The notes under the pieces: generated by a model | Database searches by the model: none | What the model was told of the DNA's origin: nothing | The model's input: only the letters and a program-made list of their open reading frames with translations | NCBI GenBank assembly: GCA_022705325.1 | Contig: JAKJER010000009.1 | Location: 38,532-70,531, forward strand | Length of the DNA: 32,000 nt | Source: Planctomycetota bacterium | GTDB lineage: Bacteria > Planctomycetota > Phycisphaerae > SM23-33 | Reading direction: 5' to 3' | Translations under genes and position numbers: made by a program | In this document: piece by piece, positions 1-12,000 of the stretch | How the letters are laid out: the number at the start of each line of letters is the position of its first letter | How positions within the stretch are numbered: the first letter of the stretch is position 1

Positions 1-3000
1 CCTATCAGTCGGCGGGCCAGACTCGGGGCATCTCGCTCCACTATGATTCCCTGCGAGCCGACCCGGTGCACGTGTACTACTTCAGCCTTACGCAGCTCTA
101 CGAGACCATGCAGGAAACGGACCCCAACCTGGACTACCAGATCGTCGTCCGCGTCCGGGCCCGGCTGGGCGAGACGATCCTGACGGTGGACGGGCTGGAC
201 AGCAAGCTGGCCGTACCCATGGGGCTCATGGGAGGCGAGCTGTTCTTCGAGATTCCCAACGACCTGGCGACCGACCGATACTACGGCATCGGCATTCCCA
301 TCGACTTTACCGGCGAGGAATTCGAGTCCGGCGGTTACACCATCCAACTCGAGGCGGGCCTCTACTCCTACACGGAAGACGACGACGGCAACCGCAAGTA
401 CACCGGGCGGATGATGGAAGTCACCACGCCCTTGCCGATCGTCAAGACCATGGACGGCCCGTTCGGTGCGGGCTGGGGCATGGAAGGCTGGATGGAGATC
501 CTGCCCGGCGACGGCTTCGTGCTCCTGGTCGACGGCAACGGAAACGAGCAGATCTTCTCCGCCCCCACCCAGGCGGGCGAGCCGTTCACCTCGGTCTCCT
601 CGGACTACTCCGAACTGAAGCAGTTGAGCGACGGGCGATTCACCCGCCGCATGCTCGACGGCACGGTCTATACCTTCAACTTCGACAACAAGCTCGAAAC
701 CGTCGCCGACCGCCACGGGAACACCACCACCTACGAGTACGACGACGACGGGTTCGTGCTCTCCATCACCGATCCGGTCGGCTTGAAGACCGTCTTCGAC
801 TACCACGGCAACCAGGTCTCGACAATTACCGACCCGGCCGGACGGATCACGCGCTTCGAGTACGGCAACCGCACATACAACGACGAAACGTATTCCGTTC
901 TCACCAGGATCATCGACGCCGACGACACGGACCGCTGGTTCCGCTACGAGAATGAAGACCACCCGCTCCTGGTGACCGGCCAGATCCATAAGCGCGGGCT
1001 CGAGGAGAGCATTACCTACGACGACGCTCTGTGGCGGGTCTCCGGGGGCGAACGAGTCGATGGCAAGACGGTGACGCTGGAGCCTGCCCAGGTCCGCGAA
1101 GGGTTTGTTGCCGAGCGCGACGACGAGGATCTGCTGATCTGCCGCGATCCGAAGCAGCCGACGGAACTGGCCGAACTGAGCCGAGTCGTGACCGAGACGG
1201 TGGGCGGCGTCACGACGGAAGTGATGAAGAACCAGGCCCAGGCCGAGTTCAAGGACTTCAACGAGCACCAGAAGCGATACGTCCTGGGGATGAACGGCTC
1301 GTACCTGCTGACCGAAGAGCTGGACGCCTCGGGCGGCACGGTGGCGGACGCCAAGCCCACGCGCGAGTTCACGCGGACCGAGTTCGGCGGGATCGCCGAG
1401 GAAAAGGACGCCCTCGGCAACATCATCAAGCAGGAGTACGACGAGTACAACAACGTCATCAAGATCACCGACTACCCCGACGGGCCCGGCACCGCTCGCG
1501 AGGCTGTCAACACCTACGACTACGACACCGAACACTGCAATCTGCTGATTGAGAAGACCGAGCAGATCAGCGACGGCCTGTTCCGGCGGACGACCTACGG
1601 CTGGACGCTCGCTTCCGGCGGCGACACGATGGTCCAGACCATCTACGACGACCTCGAACTGGGCAACATCGTCACCACCACCCATTTCTATGGCGATGGT
1701 CAGGTCCGCAGCACGATCGACGGCGTGGGGAACATCACCACGTACGTGTACGACACGTACGGCCGGCTCACCAGCATCACCTATGCGGGCGGGGCCGTCC
1801 GCAGGTTCGAGTACGGCGATCTGACGGGCAACCAGACGGCCGTCATCGACGAGAACGGCAACCGCACGGAATTCGTCTACGACGAGATGAACCGCGTCAC
1901 CGCGATTCGGAACATCATGGGCGTCGGCGCGACGTATACCACGCAGTACGACTATGACGAGGCGGGCAACCAGGTCGGCATGACCGACGCCCGGGGCAAC
2001 ACGACGAACTTCGCCTACGACGTATTGGGCCGCCGGATCAGCCGCGTGGACGAACTGGGACAGGCGACGTACTGGGGCTACGAGTACGGCGCGTTCACGA
2101 CGACGTATCTCGTGGCTACAGGGCCCGAGTACAGTTATGTGTACGAGAAGACGCCGCGCGGGTTCGTCCAGGTGACGGTCTACGACGAGTACTACCGCGA
2201 GAAGTACTACTACGACACCATGGGCAACCGCACCGAGACCGTGCGGGATGAGCTGGGACGGATCATCAAAGAGGTCGGCCCGTGGGGCACGCTGGCGACG
2301 TACGAATACAACGGGCGGGGCAAGGTCATCACGCGCATCGGGCCGGGCGACGGGGACGCGGGCATCATTCACTACGTCTACGACGACCTGGACCGCCTGA
2401 CCGTGCGGCGGGTTGAGAACGGCCTGGACGGCGCTGACGGCGACACCACCAACGACCAGGCCTACCGCTGGACGTACAATCATCTCGACCTGCCCACCGT
2501 GGAAGTCGACCCCGAGGGCTACCGCAAGGTCATCCACTATGACGCGGCCGGCAACCAGACGCAGGTGGTGGAAGCGGCCGGAACGCCTGAGGCCCGCACC
2601 ACGGACTTCGTGCAGTACGACGAGCGGAACCGGTTGCTCCAGACCCGTCTGGACGGCGTCTATCTCACGACGTACGAATATGACGCCGCAGGCAACCTGA
2701 CGGCCGAGATCGACGCCCGCGGGGCCCGCAAAGGGTACGCCTACGACGCGATAAACCGGCTGATCGAGACCACCGACGGCGAGGGCAACAAGACCGAGAC
2801 GATCTACGATGAGGTCGGCAACGTGGTGGGCGTGATCGACGGGCGGGCCAACGGCAGCCGCAGCGACACCACGTACCTCACCACGTTCGTCTACGACGAG
2901 GTCAACAGGCGGGTCGCGATGATCGACGCCGCCGGCGATCGCACCGACTACGAATATGACGAGGCGGGCAACATCATCACGATCACCAGCCCCCGGACCG

Positions 3001-6000
3001 ACGAGGGCGGCGGGCGATACGTGACCCGTCAACAGTGGGATGCCCTCAACCGCCTGATCGAGGTGGAAGACGCCGAGGGCAACAAGACCGAGTATCTCTA
3101 CGACGAGATGGGGCACCTGACGGCCGTCATCGACGCCCGGGCCCACGGCAACCGCGGCAGCAGCGCGTACCGCACGACGTACCACTTCGACCGGACCACC
3201 TACCGCAATGACTATGTCCGGGACGCCCTGGGCAACGTGGTCTACTTCGACTATGACCAGGCGGGCAACAAGATCCGCGAACGTTCTCCCCGCGACCACC
3301 AACTGGTCGCCACGGAGTACACGTACGACCGCCTCGACCGCTTGACCAGGACCACGTACGCCAAGGACACCGACGTGGAGACGTTCGAGTCCTGGGCCTA
3401 CGACGGGCTGGGCCGGGTGACCAGTGCCGTCGCCCTTACCGGCGGGACCACCACCTACAGCTACGACGGGGCCACCCTGACCACCACCGTCCGCAAGACC
3501 GACGGTACGAATACGTTCGTGGAGGTCTACCGCTACGACGTGGCCGGCAACCTCATCCAGTACGTCGACCCGCGTCCGCAGGCCTACCGTACCGTCTACA
3601 CCTACTATGACAATGACCTGCTCGAAAGCGTCACGTGGGCGGCTGGCACGGATGAGGAGGCTGTCGAGACGTACTTCTATGACCGGGCCAAGAACCTGGT
3701 TGCCGTGGTCGGCCCGCGGAAGAACGCGACTACGGGTCAGTTCTACCGGACGACCTTCGAGTATGACGCGCGGAGCTTCCAGATTGCCATGGTCGACGCC
3801 GAAGGCGTCCGGACGGAGTACGACAACGACGCGGCCGAGAACGTCATCGAGATGCGGAAGTACGATCGCAGCGGCACTGTGGACCGCGTGACCCGCAACG
3901 TCTACAACGGCGTGAGCCAGCTCGTCAAGCAGGTCGATCCGCTGGGGCGGGAGACGACTTACGAATACGACGAAGTCTACAACGTGCGGTTCGTCCATAA
4001 GCCGGAGAGCGACGCCGACGGTGCGCCGGTCTACAGCGAGTCCACCTACGACCCGCTGAATCGGCTGGTCCGCCAGCGGGATTTTGCCGGGTACACCACG
4101 CAGTTCCGCTACAACGAGGCGCTGCTGGTGAAGGTGATCGACGCGAGGGGTTACGAGACCCTCAACGAGTACGACCCGCGTGACCGGATCAAGAAGGTGA
4201 CGCAGGACATCGGCGGCGGCAGCCAGGCCGTCACGGAATACGCGTACGATGACGGCGCCCGGACGCGCGAGGTGAAGGACCCCGACGGGAACGTGACGCG
4301 CGAAACGTACGACCTGCTGGGGCGGATGACCTCGTCCACTCGGGCGTACGCTACTGCCAACGCTTTCACCGTTACCTACCGCTATGACGAGGCCGGCAAC
4401 CGTACGGAGGAGATCGACCCGCGTGGCGAGTCCTACGAGACGGCTTACGAGTACGACGGCCTCAACCGCGCCCGCAAGATCACCTGGGCCCCGGGGGTCC
4501 CCCTGGAGATGAGCGAGGTCAGGTACGATTACGATAAGGCCGGCAACTGCACGCGGTACGTCGATCCCCTGGGCAACGCGACCACGTATGCGTACGACGG
4601 CGTCGGCAACCTGGTGTCCGAGGTCGGTCCGACCGGGTTGGTCACCCTCTACCAGCGAGACGCTTATGGCAACGTGGTGACGGAGATTGACGGCTGGGGC
4701 GGGCAGACGGATAGCGAGTATGACAAGCTCGATCGTCTGACCTCCAGTACGGCCCACGTCGGCGGCGACACGTTCACCAGCTCCATCCAGTACTTTGACT
4801 CGCCCAGCCGTTCGCTTCTGACCGACGCCCTGGGCAACGTTACCGAAACGTGGTTCGACGGGGCCGATCGCCTGGTTCGCCAGAAGGACGCCGGCGGGTA
4901 TATCACCTACCAGGAGTACGACGGCGCCGGCAACCTGGTCAAGACGACCGATCCGGGCGGCAACGTCACGCGGTACGAGTACGACGGCCTCAACCGCCTG
5001 TCACAGGTCATCGCCTTCGCGGGCCAGGGAGCGGCTGAATACGTCAAACGCCGGGTTGAATACGATGCGGGCGGACGGGTGCTGCGAGACACCGACGCCG
5101 ACGGGGTCGTCACGATATACGAGTACGATTCGCTGGACCGGGCGACGATCATCCGTCGGGCGGCAGGACGGCCCGAGGAGACCGTCTCCCAGATGGGCTA
5201 CGACCCGCTCAGCGGGCGACTGAGCTATGAGGCGGGCGCGACCCGGACGGAATACCAGTATGACGCGCTGGGCCGCACGACGGCGGTCACCCAGGCGGCG
5301 GGCACGGCCAAGGCCGCCACCAATCGCGCCGAGTACGACGCTGCCGGAAACGTCACCGCGGAGGTCGACGTCACCGGCGCCAGGACCGAGTACACATATG
5401 ACGCACTCGGGCGGGCCCGGACGTCCATCCGCGTGTCCAGCGACGCCCCGCCCGGCTACACCATCGAATACGTGTACGACGACACGGCCCACAACCGGAG
5501 CGTCAGGACGATCTATCCGGAAGGCCGGACGGTCACCACGCACTACAACGACGAGGGACGGGTCGCCCAGATAGACGACAGCCGGGACGGCAATTGCCTC
5601 TACACCTACGACGCGATGGGCAACCTCATCTACTCCAAGGAGGGCCTGCTGGAGCGCAGCTACGGGTACGACGAACTCAATCGCCGGACCGCCATCACCG
5701 ATGCCGACGGCAATTCGACCGTCACCGTCTACGATCCCATCGGACAGATCGACAGCGTCACCGACGGCAACGGGGCGACGGTGGATTACGAGTGGGACGC
5801 CCCCGCCCGCCGCATGACCATTACAGAACGGGACGGCGGGCAGACCGTTCTGCTGTACGACCAGATGCGTCGACTCGCGAGCATCACCGACAGTTCCGGC
5901 AATGTCACGACCTATACCTACAACGCATTCGGACAGAAGCTGGCCGAAACCACCGCCTTCGGGGCGCGAACCTATACGTACGATGCAGCCGGACGGGTGA

Positions 6001-9000
6001 GCGACATCCAGGACCGCAACGGTCGCGCGATCTCGTATACGTACGACGAGCTTGGGTGGCAGACCGGCGAAACCTGGAAGAACGAGACCGGTTCGGTGGT
6101 CTGGACCGTGGAATACAACCGCGACGCCGCGGGACGACTCACCCGCGCTGCCGACGCCAATGCCGTCTACAGCTTCCAGTACGACGACCTGGGACGCCAG
6201 AACGTCGTGCTCGTGTCCGGGCAGGAAGGACTTGAGGACTTCGTATTCGATTATGACTACAACGGCGAGGACCTCGAGACCAGGCTGGTTGCCCGGGCCG
6301 GCGCCAGCGAACTGCTGACCAACGAGTACGCCTACCCGGCGGACGAGAACTACCGCCTGTCGAATATCTCGCAGGCCGGGGCGGCCGTGGCGGCCAAGTC
6401 GGTCGTCTTCGACTACGACGACGCGGACTACTCCACGCGAAGCGTCAGCCGCTACTCGGACCTGGCCCGCACGCAACTGGTGGCCCAGACGACCATCGAC
6501 TACAACAACCGTCGCCTGACCGACGAGATTGTCCACCGCGACTCCCAGGGCACGCTGCTGCACAGCCTGCGCATCGCCAGTTCCACCGGCGACGGCTACG
6601 ACGGGGCCGGCCGGATCACCGGAATCAGCAGCTCTGTTGACGGCGACGTCGCGTATACCTACAGCAACGAGGGCCAGCTCGAGCTGGTGGATTACTCCAG
6701 CGCCGCCCGGGCGGACGAGGCCTACGGCTGGCCCGATAACGGCAACCCGGAAGGCGTGGAGGTCGGCGCGGACAACCGCGTTCTCTCCGACGGCACGCGA
6801 ACCTACCAGTACGACGCCGAGGGCAACGTTCTCGAGGCCCGCGAGGCCACCGGGCAGGCCCGGGCCTACACCTACGACAACCACAACCGCCTGGTCCTGG
6901 TCGAAGACAAAGACGCGGACGGGACGGTCACGCGGCGGACGCAGTATCGCTACGACGCGCTGGGGCGACGGCTGGCCTCCGTCGTGGACGAAGACGCCAC
7001 CGACGAGATCGAAGGCGACAGCCGTTACTACGTCTACGACGGCACGAACGTGCTCGTGGAGTATGTCGACGAGGTCCTGGCAGTGGCTGGGGCGGAACTG
7101 GCCCAGGGCAACGGGACCGACACGGTCTTCACCGGCCGGCTCGACCACGGGCGCGTGGCGCCCACGTCGGTGCGGGTGCGGGCCGCTGGAGTGGAACTCA
7201 CCGACGACGGCGGCGGCGTGCTCTCCGGTCCGGGCGGAATGGTCGGCGCGATCGACTACGCCACCGGCGAATGGACGGTGGACACAGGCGCCACCGTGCT
7301 GAACATCGGCGAGGCCGTCCAGGCCGACTATCGCTTCCGCACCGAACCCCATCGCGACGCGACCTATCTCCATGGCGTCGGCTATGACAGCGCCCAGGCC
7401 GAGGAACGGGCCGACGGCAGCGTCTACTGGTACCTCACCGACCACCTCGGCAGCGTCACCGACGTGGTCGACCAGGACGGCACGCTGGTCGATCACGTGC
7501 AGTACAACTCCTTCGGCGAAGTCACCGCCCGCAGCAACGAGGACCTGGACAACCGCTACCTGTACACCGGCCGCGAGTACGACAGCGAGACCGGGCTGTA
7601 CTACTATCGCGCCCGCTACTACGACCCGCAGCTCCGCCGGTTCCTCAGCCGCGACCCGGCCGGGCTGTCCGGCGGCGATACGAACCTCTACCGTTACGTG
7701 GGCAACAGCCCGACCACGCACGTGGACCCGACCGGCAACTTCGGCATGTATGCCTCGCCGATGCGCCAGATGGAGCAGCGATTCAAGGCCTTCTGGGGCC
7801 TGAGCGACGAGTTCGTCGACCCCAACGCCTGGTGGCATGATCCCAAGAACGGCCTGTTCACCCAGCAGTCCCAGGTGGCCGCCAACTGGTTCTTCGGTTT
7901 CATGCCCCCGCCCAACATGAACTGGCTGGAGGCGATCGCCTGGCCGGTCACCAAGATCATCAACGACGTCAAGGAAACGCTGGTCAAGGACGCGATCGAG
8001 CGGGTCGAGGCCCGCGGCGGCGAGTGGGGCGTCATGGACACCCTGATGCTCACTGCCGCCACCAGCACGGTCGACATCGCCAATACCATCGCCGGGATCG
8101 TCTCGCCCACCTACGGCATGCTCCAGTTAGGCCCCATGATCGTCCACGCCCCGGAACTGATCTCCAACGGCTACAAGGGCGTCAGCGGTCTGCTGCACCG
8201 CGACTTCAGCGACGAGAATATCATCGAGACCTGCAACGTGGTCATGCTGGTCGCCCTGCCCGTGGCCATGAAGGGCGTCCACATGGTCCTGGAGGGGGGA
8301 CCGGTCGCCCGCCCGGTCGGCGGCAAGGGGTTCTGGTCCAACAAGGTCGCCCCCGTCCTCAACAGCATCGACAACCTGATGTTCAGCGAGCTGCCCGGCG
8401 TGTTCAAGACCGGCAAGCTCCGAACCGGCAGCACGCTGGGCGCCAACCTCCGCGGCCTGCTCGCCGACACCGTCAGCCTCTTCAAGTCCGACATCCGCGA
8501 GCTGATCACCTCGGAGTCCAAGGTCGCCAAGACCGCCAAGCCCACCGTGGCCAAGCAGGTCGCCGCCACCGCCGATGACGTCAAACCCCCCGCCAACAAG
8601 TCGTCCGATTTCCTTCGCGAGGCCGACTCGCCCGAGGTCAACCGACAGTACGATCTGCCCGAGAAGGTCAAGCCCACGGCTGAAACCCTCTACATGGACG
8701 AGAAGCAGATCGAGACCTTCTTCCGCACGGCCGACGCTAAGGGTTGGGCCAAGGACGTCGCCCGCACGATGGACAACATCCCCGAGTTGGCCAAGCAGGT
8801 CCGCGAGATCCTCAAGCCCGCCCGCGAGGCCCAGATGCAGACCCTGATGAAGGAAGTGCCTTGGCTGAACAATCGCAATCCGACTGCCGTCGCCATTAAG
8901 AACTTCCTGCGCTGGTGCGACGACGACGGCACGGGCCACTGGCACGCCTTCCGCAAAGGGCTCCTCGACGCCATCGAAAACAAGAAGATGACCCTCAAGG

Positions 9001-12000
9001 AGTTCGAGGTCTTCGGCTTTGCGCCCAAATGGCTGCGCGAAGGCATGATGGAGGCGACGATCGAGTCCGGCGACATGATCGTTGCCCAGGGCGCCAAGGG
9101 CACCTCCATGCCCGCGCTCTGGCTGGAGTACAAGGCCGCCCGCAATCTCCGAGAGGGCGGCCCCGTCAGTGCCAAGTACTATGAGATCACATGGGAGCTC
9201 GGATTCAAGGTTGAGAAGTATGCCAAGAAAGGGCCCATGGAGGCACAGACGGACATCGATGTGACGTCCGCCCGGATCGTCGAGGCCGCCAATGCCGTCA
9301 TCCGGGAAATGCAGAACCAGGCCCTCGACGGGGACATGACGGCTCTAAATGCCTTCGAGAAGTTGACCGCGTCGTCGGACTGCACGCCGCTTATCCAGTG
9401 GATCACCGGCGAGGTCAGCAAAGAACTCGGCCCGGCCAAGACGCTGCTGAACGAGATCGACATCCTGAACAAGAACACGCAGGTGAACAATCTCCGCCTG
9501 GATCTGGTCAACGTCGGCAAGCAGGTCGAGAACGCCCTGGCCAAGCAATTCCCGAAGTTTGCCGCCAAGAACGCCATCGACGTGTTCGGCTACACGTTCC
9601 GTCCGCAGACGCACGTCGAGACTATCATGGGCGGGTTGAAGTACTTCCCGGATCGCGGAGTAGCCCCCGCCTGGGTGCCGGGGCGGGCCATCACGACGAT
9701 CAAGGAAGTCCTGGATTGGCTGCCCACCAACTACCTGCCGCTGCGCAGCGACGTCGAGTCGCTTCCGTTTGCGCCCAATGCGGTCGAAACCACCGAGCCC
9801 GCCAAGCCCGTGTCGGCCGGTCAGGCCTACCCCGACGACGATCTGGGCGAAGGCGACAGTGCGGGTCCTGCTACGTCAGCAGAAGACTCCGTCGAGAAGG
9901 ACTTCACCGCGACCGTGCGCCGGATGGCCGAAGTGGCCGCTTCCGCCTGGGCCAGCTACCTGGGATTCGACGTGCCCGTGACCATCCAGGTGGCCGGGCG
10001 CGACCTGCCCGCGGGCGTTCTGAGCTGGGCGGCTATCCGAGAGTACGACGCTCAGGGCCGGCCCAAGGTCGGCGTGATCTTCGTCGATCTAGACGCAAAT
10101 GGGCGTCAATGGTTCGTCGATTCCACTCCGCTGGACCAGGAGGAGTTCCTCGGCGGCGTCGAACCGTTCTCGTACCGCGCCGACGCCACCGGCGACGCCT
10201 ACGGCTGCTATGACCTGCTGACCACGCTGCTGCACGAGGTGGGCCACATGATCGGCTTCACCGACTCCTTCGCCGGTTTCGCCGCCAGCGTGACTGGCGA
10301 CTCAGCCGGGCAGTCGTTCTTCATTGCAGACGGCGTCAAACTGGAACTCACTCCCGATCGCGACCACCTGGCCGGCGCCCGCGTCGATCTGATGAGCAAC
10401 ACGCTGCCGCTCTCGCAGCGCCGCCTGCCCTCGCCCAGCGACATCCAGGTCCTTCGCTCGGCCTGGAGCGGACTGACGGCCGCGGGCGGCTGGCAGGTCG
10501 AACTGCTGCCCGAGGATGCCGAGTTCCTGGCCCTCAGCAGCCAGCGGCTGGGCTTCGTCCTCATCGACGAAGCGGTCGCCGCCGACGCCGTCGACCCGCA
10601 CAGCGGCATTTTCAACGGCGACTTCGCCATCTCCGATCCTGCCGATCCGAACTTCGGCTGGCGGACGTTCGGGCAGGTCGACATCGCGGACTCGATGGCC
10701 ATCCTGGGCGAATCCGGCGAGTGGCTGTTCAGCGACCTGTCCCAGACGTTCCGGGTCCCGCTCGGGGCCAACGAACTGCATCTGACGCTGTCGAACGTGC
10801 TGCTGGAGTCGCTGGTGGGCGTGCCCGGCGATGCCTTCGAGATCGCCTTGCTCGATGCCGCCAGCGGGCTGTCCGTTCGCGGACCGATGACCGGACTGGA
10901 CGGCGGCGACGCCCTGTTCAACCTCCAGGCCGACGGGACTGTCTGGTTCGCCCCGGGCGTGCGGCTGGAGGAGTTCCCCGAGGCGGTCTCGGGCCAGATC
11001 ATCTCCCTCGAAGGACCGCTCCACCTGACCGTCTATCTGCCGCCCGCCATCCAGGGCGGCGTGGCCGTGCTCCTGGCGGACCTGGTCGGTTTCGGTCAGC
11101 CGCAGGCCTCTGCCCAGGTCGATTCGGTGACCCTGACGGCAGGCCCCGTCGAGAACGAGCCTCCCGTGGCCGTCGACGACCAGGCCAGTGCCGGGCCGGA
11201 CACGGATGTCACCATTTCCGTCCTGGACAACGACAGCGACGTCGACGGCAGCCTGATGCCGGCCACGGTGGTCGTCTCCACGGCGCCGGCATGGGGCGTC
11301 GCCGTCGCCAATGCCGACGGCACGATCACCTACGCGCCGCAAGGCTTCGTCGGCGAGGTCACCTTCGGCTATACCGTCCGCGACGACTGGGGCGATGTCT
11401 CCAACGAGGCCATCGTCACCGTTACCGTCGGGGCCAACACGCCCCCGACGGCCGACGATTCCATGCTGGTCATCGACGAGGACGTCCCCTCTTCCGGCGC
11501 CGTCACAGGGAGCGATGCCGAGGGCGATCCCCTCACCTTCGCCCTGGTGGACGGAACGGCCCACGGCAGCCTGGAGTTCAACGGGGACGGAACGTTCACC
11601 TACACGCCGGACGGCGACTGGTTCGGCGCCGACAGCTTCACCTTCACCGCCAACGACGGCGAGTTCGACTCTTCGTTGGGCACGGTCAGCATCACCGTCA
11701 ATGCGGTCAACGACGCCCCGACGGCTGACGACGCCGACTTCGCCACAGACGAAGACCTTCCGCTGGAGGGCCTGCTGAGCGGCGCCGACATCGAGAATGA
11801 TCCGCTCACCTTCGCCCTCGTCCAACAGCCCGCGCACGGCTCGGCTGTCGTCAATGGCGACGGGACGTTCACCTATACCCCGGACGCCGACTGGTTCGGG
11901 GACGACAGCTTCACCTTCACCGCCAACGACGGCGAGCAGGATTCTCCGTTCGGCACGGTGAGCATCACCGTCAATCCGATCAACGACGCCCCGGCCGCTG

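Noticed and set aside
5001-7838. 945-aa ORF on the minus strand
   Set aside because: It lies antisense to the strongly supported YD/RHS coding frame. Its translation is low-complexity and Val/Ala/Gly/Arg-rich with no recognisable motifs. This is a typical shadow ORF of high-GC DNA.
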